NCBI GenBank assembly: GCA_965243135.1 | Contig: OZ251539.1 | Coordinates: 4,832,001 to 4,896,000 of the forward strand | DNA from: Alphaproteobacteria bacterium | Lineage (GTDB): Bacteria; Pseudomonadota; Alphaproteobacteria; MPNO01; UBA830 | DNA length: 64,000 nucleotides | Direction of reading: 5' to 3' | Shown: in pieces, positions 1-10,096 of the stretch | Layout of the letters: every line of letters begins with the position of its first letter | Numbering within the stretch: the first letter of the stretch is position 1 | Notes under the pieces: generated by a model | Database searches by the model: none | Told to the model about the DNA's origin: nothing | The model's input: the letters and a program-made list of their open reading frames with translations, nothing else | Program-made: the position numbers and the translations under genes

Positions 1-193
1 CAAGAATATATTGTTCTTTCTGCAGGAGATGACAGTTGAAGACGAACTGCGAACCATCTCTTCGTGGCGGCCGCATATGCTTGGCGGGAACCGGAAGGGG
101 ACATGGAGCCTTGTCGTCACTCGGAACCGGCGCATTACCTTTCGGGTCGAGGATGGCGACATCGTCGACCTCGACTTCATCGACTACCATTAA
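1..193 (+). CDS. higB: HigB/RelE-family toxin (plasmid maintenance killer type), 5' end cut by the window edge
   Basis: C-terminus W..H.L.GNRKGTWSLVVTRNRRITFRVEDGDIVDLDFIDYH is typical of HigB; lies directly upstream of a HigA-like gene. Confidence 0.85.
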   Translation, partial: KNILFFLQEMTVEDELRTISSWRPHMLGGNRKGTWSLVVTRNRRITFRVEDGDIVDLDFIDYH

Positions 194-268
194 CGGAGAG
201 GGGAAGCGACAAGAGACGATGAACGATATCTGCGCTACCATGCTATAAAATGCCAGGGGAGAACAAGC

Positions 269-580
269 ATGTCAGAAGGTTACCGGTTGAAGAATCCACC
301 CCATCCCGGCGGGTTCGTCCGGACCGAAATCATCGAACCGTTGAAACTTTCCGTGACCGCCGCGGCGAAGGTGCTCGGTATCACCCGAGCCGCCCTGTCG
401 GCTTTCCTGAACGAGCGTTCGGCGCTTTCGCCGGAGATGGCCTTGCGCATCGAGAAGGCATTTGGCGTAAGCATGGAGACGCTTATGAGGATGCAGGGCA
501 GCTACGATATCGCCCGGACGCGCCGAATAGAGAGCAAGATCGATGTCGCGCGTTACACGGGCAGTTTGGAGCCGGCCTGA
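269..580 (+). CDS. higA: HigA addiction-module antitoxin (XRE HTH)
   Basis: PPHPGGFVRTEIIEPL..SVTAAAKVLGITRAALS..LSPEMALRIEKAFG motif. Confidence 0.9.
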   Translation: MSEGYRLKNPPHPGGFVRTEIIEPLKLSVTAAAKVLGITRAALSAFLNERSALSPEMALRIEKAFGVSMETLMRMQGSYDIARTRRIESKIDVARYTGSLEPA

Positions 581-629
581 TACCGAAATTCGGCTCCGGT
601 GCCGCCGCCTCGACAGCCCGGTCACCTGC

Positions 630-880
630 TTCATGGGGAACTGGCGTCGAGGCGGTGTCGGGTCTTCGATGCCGCGAACCGAATCCGGGCATCTATCTCT
701 TCGAAAAATTCGATGCTGGCGGCGCTTCTCCTGCAAGGCGGAAGAAATCCGCCGAGCGCCGACGGATTCCTGCAGATGATTGAGCGGGACCACTCGCGCA
801 GCCTCGTCGTCGTGGCGACAAACCGTCCAGATACCGCACTCTTCCGGCGCAGCGACGGCACTCTCCATTGCGATCTGGTC
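630..880 (+). pseudogene. Frameshifted fragment of an AAA+ ATPase resembling the IetA-type partner of S8 proteases
   Basis: Pieces across frames: FMG.., GIYLFEKFDA (degenerate Walker B), EEIRR, FLQMIERDHSRSLVVVATNRP, ALFRR; no start, Walker A or protease partner. Confidence 0.55.
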
Positions 881-1148
881 ATCGCCATGGGATCCAAGAA
901 CCTGCGCCTTCGCCTTTCCTTCGCATACCACCGGGTCACGGAGGAACGGCCGGACGATGTTTGTTCGCTGTCGTTTCGGTCATGCGCAATCGCCCCGGCA
1001 TCTTGACTCGCCGGCTAACCCATACTGGTCTCATGATAGAGATTGCCGACCGCCTGCGCTTCACTTGATAGGGGAAGACTACGATGTCTGCGAGGATCGC
1101 GTCCGCCGTCGACGTGACGATCCGGCAATCCGAAGAGGTTCTACAGCG

Positions 1149-1529
1149 TCACTTCGTCGCCTCTATGAGAAACGCGATCAAATCGTCGCGGTCCCTTTCC
1201 TTCTTGAGGCCGACGAAGGTCATCTTGGTTCCCCTGATGTAAGTGCGCGGCTTGGCGAGATACTCCTTCATGATCTCGGGCGTCCAGATCAACCCCTCGA
1301 CGCCGGCCTTTTTCATCGCCTTGGAATACCTGTATTTCGGCATCGTTCCCGCCGCCTTGCCGAAAATGCCGACCAGGCTGGGCCCGATCCGGTGCTTGTC
1401 GGCGACCAGGGTGTGACAGGCCTTGCACTTGTTGAATACCCTTTTGCCTCTCTTGACGTCGGCGGCGTCCGCCGTCGACGCCAGCGCTCCGAACATCGCC
1501 GCAACGACCGCCAGCCTGCCGCTTGTCAT
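1149..1529 (-). CDS. Cytochrome c2 / class I cytochrome c
   Basis: Signal peptide, CKACH haem motif, IGPSL, GTKMTF axial Met. Confidence 0.92.
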   Translation of the reverse strand: MTSGRLAVVAAMFGALASTADAADVKRGKRVFNKCKACHTLVADKHRIGPSLVGIFGKAAGTMPKYRYSKAMKKAGVEGLIWTPEIMKEYLAKPRTYIRGTKMTFVGLKKERDRDDLIAFLIEATK

Positions 1530-1591
1530 TCCCCTCGCCGTATCGCTGCCGTCGGGCCGTTCAGGTAGCTCCGTATCGTCGTCGCGTCAAA

Positions 1592-2884
1592 TCACGTTCG
1601 CGACGCCGAACGCGCGGTCCCTTCGCGTCGGCGCGGCGCGGCATCGAACGCTCTTCCTCTGCCGATGACGTCGGCGCCGAAGCGTTCGCGGATGCTGTCC
1701 ACGGCGTCTTCGACCCTCTTGCGGCGGCCCGCATCGGCGAGATCGGGAAGATCGCAAACGTCCGCAGGCTCGAAACCCGACAGTCCGATGCCGAGCAAGC
1801 GGAACCGCCGACCGTCGGCTTCGCGATCAAGAAGCGCGGCGCCGGCCTCGTAGATGACCCCGGCGAGCTGCGTGGGCTCCGCCAGCGTTCGCGACCGCGT
1901 CATGATCGAGAAATCCGCAGTCTTGAGTTTCAGCGTGACGGTTCTGCCGCCGATTTTCTCCTTCTTCAGCCCGGCCGACACCTTCTCGGACAAGCGCCAG
2001 AGCACCCGTTTCAGTTCGGCGGCATCGGAGATATCCGACGCGAAAGTGGTCTCGCTGGAAAGGCTCTTGCGTTCCGACCCCGGTTCGACGCTCCTTTCGT
2101 CGAGGCCGCGCGACAGCTGCGCAAGACGCAGGCCGAGCTTGCCGTAACGGCGGCGGAGATCCTCCGCCGGAAATTCCTGCAACTGGCCGATCGAGGCGAC
2201 GCCATCTCGCGCAAGACGCCGCTGCGTCGCTTCGCCGACGCCCCACACCCGCGAAACCGGAAGATCGCGAAGCACGGTCGCAGCCTCTTCGCGGCCGATG
2301 ACCCGGAAGCCGCGCGGCTTGTCGAGTCCGGACGCCAGCTTGGCGAGAAACTTGTTGCAGCTCAGTCCGATCGAAACCGCGATTCCATGCTTTTCCTCGA
2401 TTCCGGCCGCCAGCCGCGACAGGGTTCGAGCGGCGCTGCCGCCGTGAAGCCTCTCGGTTCCTCCGAGATCCATGAACGCCTCGTCGATCGAGATCGGTTC
2501 GACAAGCGGAGTCGTGTCCCGCATCATCGTGCGGATCTCCAGTCCGACGCGCCTGTATTTCGCCATGTCCGGCTTGATTACGACCGCATCGGGGCAGGCT
2601 CGCAACGCCTTGAACATCGGCATGGCCGAATGAACGCCGTAGCGGCGGGCGACGTAGCAGGCAGCCATGACGACGCCGCGCCTCTGCCCGCCCACCAGCA
2701 CCGGTTTGTCCGTCAATTCGGGATTGTCGCGCTTCTCGACGCTCGCGTAGAACGAATCGCAGCCCAGGTGCGCGACGGACAGCGCGTCGAGTTCAGGGTG
2801 CGACACGACGCGCCGGGATCCGCAGACGGAACAGGCGCCCTCGGCGGCGGACGCATCGCAACAGTCGCGGCATACGGTCGGCAT
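1592..2884 (-). CDS. dinB: DNA polymerase IV (Y family)
   Basis: CDSFYASVEKRD, SIDEAF, NKFLAKLAS, N-terminal CxxC..CxxC as in alphaproteobacterial DinB; first catalytic Asp reads as Gly (see findings). Confidence 0.92.
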   Translation of the reverse strand: MPTVCRDCCDASAAEGACSVCGSRRVVSHPELDALSVAHLGCDSFYASVEKRDNPELTDKPVLVGGQRRGVVMAACYVARRYGVHSAMPMFKALRACPDAVVIKPDMAKYRRVGLEIRTMMRDTTPLVEPISIDEAFMDLGGTERLHGGSAARTLSRLAAGIEEKHGIAVSIGLSCNKFLAKLASGLDKPRGFRVIGREEAATVLRDLPVSRVWGVGEATQRRLARDGVASIGQLQEFPAEDLRRRYGKLGLRLAQLSRGLDERSVEPGSERKSLSSETTFASDISDAAELKRVLWRLSEKVSAGLKKEKIGGRTVTLKLKTADFSIMTRSRTLAEPTQLAGVIYEAGAALLDREADGRRFRLLGIGLSGFEPADVCDLPDLADAGRRKRVEDAVDSIRERFGADVIGRGRAFDAAPRRREGTARSASRT

Positions 2885-3086
2885 GGTCCGACTCTGGTGC
2901 CGACCAGCGGAAAGTCAATTCGCAAGAACGGCCCGGCCCGCCGTTCATGTCCGTCGGAGGACGCCGCTACCGGTCGTCCGGCGGCCCGGAAACCCCTCGT
3001 CGCGAGCCGGAACCGCTCTCGGAGCTTGTCCGCGCCGCCCGAACATTGTAGTTCCATGGCCGTCGGACGGAACGGCCGGAAGCGGC

Positions 3087-3812
3087 ATGATAGACAAGAC
3101 TTCGGACAACCTGCGCGACGCGGTTTCGACCGTGCGGGACGGAATGACGGTGCTTATCAGCGGCTTCGGCGAATCCGGCAACCCGACCGAACTCGTGCAC
3201 GCGCTCATCGACCACGGCGCGCGCCACCTTACGGTCGTCAACAACAACGCCGGCAACGGTCACGTGGGACTCGCGGCGCTGCTCGAGGCGGGGCAGGTCA
3301 GCAAGATGATCTGCTCCTTTCCGCGGTCGTCGCATTCGGTGGCGTTCGACGAGTTGTACCGCTCCGGCGGGATCGAACTCGAAGTCGTTCCGCAGGGAAC
3401 GCTCGCGGAGCGCCTGCGCGCGGCCGGCGCCGGAATCGCCGGCTTCTACACGCGGACGACGATCGGGACGCCGCTCGCGGAGGGCAAGGAACGCCGCGAC
3501 TTCGACGGCGTCGAGTGCGTGCTGGAAACCCCGCTTCGCGGCGACGTCGCTCTGGTCAAGGCGGAACTGGCCGACCGCTGGGGCAACCTCACGTATCGTC
3601 TGGCGGCGCGGAATTTCGGGCCGATCATGTGCATGGCGGCGGATACGACGATCGTCCAGGCCCGCCACATCGTTCCGCTCGGCGACGTGCCGCCCGAAAA
3701 CGTCGTCACTCCCGGGATTTTCGTCGACCGCGTGATCGAAGTTTCCGATCCCGCCAGCGAGCGGGCGATGATCGAGCAGGGAATGCGCTACGGACCCGGG
3801 GGTTCGGCGTGA
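3087..3812 (+). CDS. pcaI: 3-oxoadipate/3-oxoacid CoA-transferase subunit A
   Basis: MIDK..DGMTVLISGFG, NNNAGNG, PQGTLAERLRAAGAGI; ATG at 3087. Confidence 0.9.
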   Translation: MIDKTSDNLRDAVSTVRDGMTVLISGFGESGNPTELVHALIDHGARHLTVVNNNAGNGHVGLAALLEAGQVSKMICSFPRSSHSVAFDELYRSGGIELEVVPQGTLAERLRAAGAGIAGFYTRTTIGTPLAEGKERRDFDGVECVLETPLRGDVALVKAELADRWGNLTYRLAARNFGPIMCMAADTTIVQARHIVPLGDVPPENVVTPGIFVDRVIEVSDPASERAMIEQGMRYGPGGSA

Positions 3813-4492
3813 CTGCGCGCCTGTCCCGCCGCCAGATCGCTTGGCGGGTCGCCCAGGACATCGGCGACGGCAGTTACGTCAACCTCGGCATCGGCATGCC
3901 GGAACTGGTCGCGAACTCCATCCCCGAAAACCGCGAAATCGTCTTCCACAGCGAAAACGGCATTCTCGGCATGGGTCCCGAACCCGGCGCGAACGCGGCC
4001 GACTACGACCTGATCAACGCCGGCAAAAAGCCGGTCACTCTCCTGCCCGGCGGCGCGTTTTTCCATCACGCCGACTCGTTCGCGATGATCAGAGGCGGTC
4101 ATATCGACATTTGCGTGCTCGGCGCGTTCCAGGTTTCGGCGCGGGGGGATCTGGCGAACTGGTCCACGGGAGGGAAGGATTCGGTACCCGCCGTGGGCGG
4201 CGCGATGGATCTCGCTGTCGGCGCGCGCAGGGTCTTCGTGATGACCGAGCACAACACCCGCAAAGGAGAGTTCAAGCTTGTCGAGAAATGCACGCTGCCG
4301 CTGACCGGCCCCGCGGTCGTGGACGCGATCTACACGGACATTGCCGTTATCGACGTGACCCCCGAGGGATTCAGCGTGCGGGAAAAGATCCCCGACATCG
4401 ACTTCGACGAACTCCAGCGACGGACCGGCGCCCGGCTCCGCGGCGCCGATTCCTGCGGGGATCTGCAGGCGCCTGATTGCGCCGGGACCTGA
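3809..4492 (+). CDS. pcaJ: 3-oxoadipate/3-oxoacid CoA-transferase subunit B
   Basis: YVNLGIGMP, HSENG catalytic Glu, GGAMDLAVGA; GTGA overlap with subunit A stop. Confidence 0.9.
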   Translation: MTARLSRRQIAWRVAQDIGDGSYVNLGIGMPELVANSIPENREIVFHSENGILGMGPEPGANAADYDLINAGKKPVTLLPGGAFFHHADSFAMIRGGHIDICVLGAFQVSARGDLANWSTGGKDSVPAVGGAMDLAVGARRVFVMTEHNTRKGEFKLVEKCTLPLTGPAVVDAIYTDIAVIDVTPEGFSVREKIPDIDFDELQRRTGARLRGADSCGDLQAPDCAGT

Positions 4493-5008
4493 ACGTCCGT
4501 CGTTGCCGGCGACCGCGGGAAGAACCGTGGTCGCCGAACGCAGACTGTAAGGCCCAGACCGTGTGGTAGTCTTGCAGCGGCCGCCGCTTGGCGGAGAGCC
4601 CGCCGTCAGGCACTGCGAGGCACGGTCGCGAAGTCGACCCGCGTGGGCACTCGCAGCCAAGGCGTGGGGCGCAAGGCTTCTCTCTACCCCGAATTCCGAC
4701 GGGCCGCTCGCCCGAGGACCAGTGCCGGGAATCTCGACGATGGCGACATAACCTCTCGCTCCGAACGACGTTCGATTTTTCGCTCTAAAGGAACGAGAAC
4801 CGCGGAGCGGTCACCGGCTCCGGACGGCGTGACGCCGTTCGGAGAAGCGCCCGCCCGCCTCGACCAGCGCGGAATCGCTGGCGTCGGGGTTTTTCGACGC
4901 CCTCTCGCCTTGGCTCGCGCGACCCTGCGCCTTTCCGAACGCTTGCGAGACGACCGATTTACGGAATTTATGATTGCAAATCGGGAATTGATCTCCATAA
5001 TTGCATTC

Positions 5009-6199
5009 ATGAGAGCTATCCTGCGGCTTCTTGACCAGCGCGTCAAGGAATGCCTGCTGCTGTTTCCCGTCGTCGCCCTTCTCGGGCCGCGCCAGGTCGG
5101 CAAGACAACGCTGGCGCGCGCTATCGCGGACGCCGGTCGCGACGGGCAAAAACCCGGTCTGTATCTCGATTTGGAGAATCCGGTCGATCAGGAAAAGTTG
5201 GCGGATTCCCGCGGATATCTCGGCGCGAAGCGAAACCAGTTGGTGGTGTTGGACGAAATCCATCGGGCGCCGCAGCTGTTTCCGGCGTTGCGCGGCATTG
5301 TTGACGAACGTATCCGGGACGGAGAAACGGCAGAGCAGTTTCTCATTCTCGGCTCGGCCTCGATGGGCTTGTTGAAGCAGTCGGGAGAAAGCCTGGCCGG
5401 GCGAATCGCCTATCTGGAACTTGCTCCGCTCGATATCCGCGAACTTGGCGACCGCGAACTCACGCCCCTGTGGATTCGGGGCGGGTTCCCGCGCGCGTTT
5501 CTCGCTTCCACCGACGCCGACAGCGCGCGCTGGCGCGAGAATTTCATTCGCGCGTACCTGGAGCGCGACATCCCCGCGCTCGGCCCGCGCGTTCCCGCTC
5601 AGACGTTGCGCCGTTTCTGGACCATGCTCGCGCATGCCCAAGGAGGACTCTGGAACGCCGCTACGTTCGCAAGGAGCCTGGCCGTGGACGGCAAGACCGT
5701 AGCGCGTTACGTGGATCTTCTTGTCGATCTTCTTCTCGCGCGCCGACTGCCTCCGTTTCGCGCCAACGTGCGCAAGAGGCTCGTCAAGTCGCCCAAAATC
5801 TACGTGCGCGACAGCGGGATCGTTCATTCCCTGCTGCGCCTTCCTGACGTCGACGGCGTACTGGGCCATCCGGTCGCGGGCGCGAGTTGGGAAGGGTTCG
5901 TTATCGAGACGCTGCTTCGGGCCGCGCCGGAACGCACGCAAGCCAGTTTCTACCGCACGGCCGCCGGAGCCGAAATCGACCTCGTTCTGGAATTGCCGGG
6001 CGACAGGGCCTGGGCGGTGAAAATCAAGCGCGGCCTCGCGCCTTCCGTCGGCAAGGGTTTCCGCGCGGCGCTCGACGACGTGAGGCCGGACAAGGCGTTC
6101 CTCGTTCATGGAGGCGGCGATCGTTACCCCAAAGGCGGCGGCGTCGAAGCGGTCGGGCTGATGGCGCTTGCCCGGGAACTGGAAGCCTGCGCGGTCTGA
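5009..6199 (+). CDS. AAA_14 ATPase with C-terminal DUF4143
   Basis: GPRQVGKTT Walker A, VLDEIHR Walker B, KSPKIYVRDSG, GASWEGFVIE, FYRT..GAEIDLVLE. Confidence 0.9.
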   Translation: MRAILRLLDQRVKECLLLFPVVALLGPRQVGKTTLARAIADAGRDGQKPGLYLDLENPVDQEKLADSRGYLGAKRNQLVVLDEIHRAPQLFPALRGIVDERIRDGETAEQFLILGSASMGLLKQSGESLAGRIAYLELAPLDIRELGDRELTPLWIRGGFPRAFLASTDADSARWRENFIRAYLERDIPALGPRVPAQTLRRFWTMLAHAQGGLWNAATFARSLAVDGKTVARYVDLLVDLLLARRLPPFRANVRKRLVKSPKIYVRDSGIVHSLLRLPDVDGVLGHPVAGASWEGFVIETLLRAAPERTQASFYRTAAGAEIDLVLELPGDRAWAVKIKRGLAPSVGKGFRAALDDVRPDKAFLVHGGGDRYPKGGGVEAVGLMALARELEACAV

Positions 6200-7423
6200 A
6201 TTGGTTGTCCCGCCGCGCGCGGTTTGCCGGGACGAAGTTCCTGCCGGTCGATTCCCCGGACGCCGCCGTGGTCCGTAACGACGCGGCGAGCCTGCGCTCG
6301 CTTGGCGGGTCGTCGGTCACTCCCGCCGTCGCGCAGGAAAGCAAGACGCGACCATTGCCCAAAGACGAAACCAGGTGCCGCGTCGGCAGAACCTCCGAGG
6401 CTCTCGAACCGGCACGGGGACATCGGTGCCGGACAACTGTTCAGACGGTCTCGAACTCGAACCCGACGATGTTGCGTTCTTCCCGGCCGAACTCGATGCC
6501 GATCAGGTGGACCGGCACGCCCGAACGCCGGTACTTGTCCGCGTAGCCGCGCTCCCGAATCTGCGTCAGCGCCCGCCCTTCCGGCTTCCCGTCCACGACC
6601 TTGAACTCGAACAGATAGACGTTGCCGCCGTAGAGAACCGTCAGGTCCGAGCGGCCGCGCGCCGTGCTCTCCTCCGCGCGGATGTCCATCCCCGCCGCCA
6701 CGAAGTGCGAGTAGAACACGCTCGCATAGTGCGCCTCGTAGCCAGCCATGCCCGTGTTCGCGTACCACTCGTTCGGGATGCTCGCCAAGAATGCTCGGAA
6801 CAGCCGCTCGAGGCCCGCGAAGTCGTTCTCGCGCATCAGGCGGCGCAGCTCCCGGCTCCCCGCCGCGATCGCGACGTCCGGCGCCATCGTCTCCAGCAGG
6901 AGCGCGTTCATGCTGCGCCTCACCTCCTGGTTCGGGTAGTCCAGCCGGTAAAGAAGCGCGTCGTCGTCCAGTTCCTCGCCTACGACGGTCAGGTAGCCGG
7001 TCTGGAACAGCAGCGCCTCGACGGGGATGCGGTCGACGTCGATGGTCGACAGCAACGCGTCGTCCGCGATCATGCCCTCCAGGGTCGGCGCCGCGACCCC
7101 GCGCCGCGACAGAAGGTCGGCGAGGAAGGTCGGCGTGCCGGTCCGGAACCAGTGCGCCTCGAACTGACGGCGCCGGAAAAGCAGCAGGACATCGTACGGG
7201 TTGTAGAGTTTCTCCGCGCCTCGCCAGTTGTAGCCGTTGTACCAGCGGCGGACCTCGTCCCGGTTCAGGCCCTTGAGTTCCGGGGCGAAGACCGCGTCCA
7301 GCTCCGCGTCCGTATAGCCGCAGATGGACGAGAACTCCGGCTCCAGCGTGATGTCGATCAAATTGTTCAGGCCTGAGAACAGGCCCGCATGCGAGAACTT
7401 GCTCACTCCCGTCAGGAAAACGA

Positions 7424-9071
7424 CAGAAATTCCCGCTAAGGTGGCCGCCCTTTGCGAAAGGCGCGTCGAGATAGCGTCGTTACCGAGGGATCAGCCGCCG
7501 CGACGCACCTTCCCCGCTTCGGCTTGGTGCCGACTTAGCCTTGACCATCCTGTTTCCCCTGAAAAACTTGCTTTAGCACATTCGGTCACGGTGCCAGGTC
7601 AGGAGGTGTCGTAGGGAATTCCCTCTGCTTTCCGGTATCCAAACGCGATCATTCGGTAGAGTGTTTCCCAGTCCTTCAAGAAGTATTCGAGAAACAATCC
7701 CCGCGCCTTTTCCCAGAAGTAAATGGGCCGCTTGGCCTTCGTTTGTGCCTGTTGGAACAGTTTGCAACATCGCTGTTGAATCTGGTCAATCAGGAACGCC
7801 AGCATCATCAGGAACGCAAAGACCGTCGACAGATTCTTGTTACCGTGACCGAAGTTGTGCTCAAAGCAGTAGCCTTGGTTCTTCAGGGTGTTGAAAGTTT
7901 CGTTCTCGATCTTCCAGCGCGCCCGCCCGGTGCGCATCAACTCCATCAGGTTCCCTTCGTCAATTGGCAGATCCGTGACCCAGGAGAAACGTTGTTTCTT
8001 ACCGTTTGGGAGCTTCTCCCAGTATTCGAGAAAGTTCACTTTGAGGTCGAAGTGCGTATCGTTCAGAGGCACTCCGTTGAGATACCGGAATTCGTGCCGT
8101 ATGTTGTCACCGTCCGTGAACTCCCGGCGCTCCACGGACGGCGCGTTGTTGACCCACTCGAACAGGAATTTGTGGTCGCCGGGCTTCGCCCCCAGTATGA
8201 AACGCATGTCTAACTCCTTGAGAAGATTGACATGTGGTCCGTTCGAGGCCAGCCCATCTTCCAACACAACTAGCTTCAGGTGCGGGTGTTCACGACGCAC
8301 ATCTTCCAGAAGCCGTTTCGCTGCGTTGCGTTCGCAATCGTTCTTTTTTGCGCCGTCTTCCTTCAGGATCGGTTCCGGTGCAAACGGAAAAACCTCCTTT
8401 TGTTCCGGATGCACCAGAACGGCCCCCAACATCTGGTGGTAGTAGGTAATCGTACCGTCGCGGTGGTGTTTCTCGCAGCAATTTTTACAGTGCACCTTGT
8501 TCGACGAGAAGTATCCCGTTCCATCGATCGAAAGAGCGTAATGCCCGTTCAGACAAGTGTATTGTTCCAACCCCTTGCCTCGTTGCAAAACCTGGAACAT
8601 CTTCGTGAAACAACGCCGCAATTGCCGCGGACAGACTTCGTCAAGCCGTTCGCGCATCGCAGTGTCCGACGGCACGCGCTTGACGCCGTATAAGGTCGCG
8701 AGGTTGTGCCGAACCGCTTCGTCGGCGTGCGCGGCTTCGTCGAATTGCAGAAGCGACGCATACTTCATACCGAACACCGCTAGACCCGACATCAGACAGT
8801 CCGTCTGGTTCAGCCCCCGGCTCGCGATCGGATCTTCAATACGGTCGAAACAAGCTCGCACTTCCTTCAGCAATCCCGGAGCGCTGAGCGTCTTGCGCAT
8901 GCCTGGCATTCTGGCCATTTTGGTACAATCCCGCCTCGCCTTCGGACCACTTTCCAGAGAAAAATGCTCCGCTCGAAGGCAAATAGCCCCGAATCACCTC
9001 GAAAAGTCCACGAAAGACTTTTTTCCGGCCCCATATTTTTCAAGGGTTTCGAGCCTTAGCGGGAATTGCTG
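7424..9071 (-). mobile_element. Intact insertion sequence (ISNCY-like DDE), 1648 bp
   Basis: 18-bp TIRs CAG(A/C)AATTCCCGCTAAGG at 7424-7441 and 9054-9071; 9-bp TSD GGAAAACGA at 7415-7423 and 9072-9080; visibly lower GC than the flanks. Confidence 0.93.
7599..8918 (-). CDS. DDE transposase
   Basis: IDGTG, EDGL, RARWKIENETFNTLKNQGY..EHNFGHG; uninterrupted 439-aa ORF inside the TIRs. Confidence 0.92.
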   Translation of the reverse strand: MARMPGMRKTLSAPGLLKEVRACFDRIEDPIASRGLNQTDCLMSGLAVFGMKYASLLQFDEAAHADEAVRHNLATLYGVKRVPSDTAMRERLDEVCPRQLRRCFTKMFQVLQRGKGLEQYTCLNGHYALSIDGTGYFSSNKVHCKNCCEKHHRDGTITYYHQMLGAVLVHPEQKEVFPFAPEPILKEDGAKKNDCERNAAKRLLEDVRREHPHLKLVVLEDGLASNGPHVNLLKELDMRFILGAKPGDHKFLFEWVNNAPSVERREFTDGDNIRHEFRYLNGVPLNDTHFDLKVNFLEYWEKLPNGKKQRFSWVTDLPIDEGNLMELMRTGRARWKIENETFNTLKNQGYCFEHNFGHGNKNLSTVFAFLMMLAFLIDQIQQRCCKLFQQAQTKAKRPIYFWEKARGLFLEYFLKDWETLYRMIAFGYRKAEGIPYDTS

Positions 9072-9665
9072 GGAAAACGAAACGGATCTGCCTGTCGCAG
9101 GCCTTGATCACCCCGTACAGGCTGCGCAGAAAGTCGCGGTTGGCCAGCGCCAGCTCCCGGTCGCCGAGCGCATCGAGAATCGGCTTGTCGTATTCGTCCA
9201 CCAAAACGACCGTCTGCTGCCCGGTGCGCTCGTGCAGCGTCCTTATCAGGCGCCGGAAACGGACCGCCGCCCCGGCGGGACCCGGTTCGAGGCCGGCCTG
9301 CATCTCCGTCTCTTCCAGCTGCGCTTCCACGGTGCCCCGAACCCCGTCCGGGCCGTCGAAGCGGCCCACGCCGCTGAAATCCAGCCGCACGACCGGGTGG
9401 CGCGCCGACCAGTCCCACCTGCCGTGCACGGCGAGGCCCCGGAACAACTCCTCGCTTCCTTCGAACAGCTCCTGCAGCGTGTCCACCAGCAGGCTCTTGC
9501 CGAACCGGCGCGGACGCGACAGGAAATAGTACTTGCCCCTCTCGACGAGGCGGCGCACATGGTCCGTCTTGTCGACGTAGTAGCAGTCCATCCTCCGGAC
9601 CTCCCGGAGGGAGGTCATCCCGGTCGGAAGCATGCGTTTTTCCATCCGGTTAGAATAGGCTGCCG

Positions 9666-9718
9666 CAACGGAAGCGGTCAATTAATTTGGTACGCACCTG
9701 TTCAAAATGTTCTTGACA
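9666..9718 (+). mobile_element. Solo terminal segment of the IS1202-like element
   Basis: CAACGGAAGCGGTCAATTAATTTGGTAC...GTTCAAAATGTTCTTGACA matches the reverse complement of the IS end at about 58448-58506. Confidence 0.85.
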
Positions 9719-9750
9719 ATCACTGGTTACAGCAGCCAGCCCTGTCGTGC

Positions 9751-9834
9751 TTACTGACGCCTGTCCCGCCACGGCTCTCGCCCGGGCGCTCCGGTGCCGG
9801 TCAAGTAATGGATGGCGGCATCAACCGCCCCCAT
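9751..9834 (-). pseudogene. Probable VapC/PIN toxin N-terminal remnant
   Basis: ATG overlapping the antitoxin 3' end gives MGAVDAAIHYLTG.. (compare MLAVDTNV..RYLTGD); stops after 27 aa. Confidence 0.45.
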
Positions 9835-10096
9835 GACGCCGCCGCGCTTCCGCCAGAACCCCGGCCTCCATCTCTGTCAGGGACTTGGGCGCACCGTCGC
9901 GGGCGAGGAGCCCGAATACCTCCTCGGGCCGGGTTTCGGCGAACACGGGCGCGGGTTTCAGCAGCACGCCCTGGGGCGCGCTTTCCACGACCAACCGCGT
10001 TCCTGCCTCCCAGCGCAGCATCCGGCGGATCGCTTTAGGCAGAATGATCTGGCCCCTCGTCGAGACTGTGGCGGTGAGCTTTTCCGGAACCGGCAT
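9821..10096 (-). CDS. AbrB/MazE/SpoVT-family antitoxin
   Basis: TVSTRGQIILPKAIRR.LRWEAGTRL.VE....GVLLKP. Confidence 0.88.
   Translation of the reverse strand: MPVPEKLTATVSTRGQIILPKAIRRMLRWEAGTRLVVESAPQGVLLKPAPVFAETRPEEVFGLLARDGAPKSLTEMEAGVLAEARRRHGGG

Larger units (their letters stand above)
6441..9645 (-). pseudogene. AAA-ATPase-like + PD-(D/E)XK nuclease gene split by an IS
   Basis: N-half 9645-9072 (YYVDKT, SRPRRFGKSL, VDEYDKP) and C-half 7423-6441 (FLTGVSKF, WYNGY, RSDL..FEFK) rejoin in frame as QIRFVFLTGVSK when the IS and one TSD copy are removed. Confidence 0.9.

Noticed and set aside
1523-3808. N-terminal part of the 989-aa ORF and other long overlapping ORFs (e.g. 32031-36383, 33287-35350, 43214-45859)
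   Set aside because: Shadow or antisense frames of real genes in GC-rich DNA; Arg/Pro-rich with no motifs. Only 3809-4492 of the 989-aa ORF is supported
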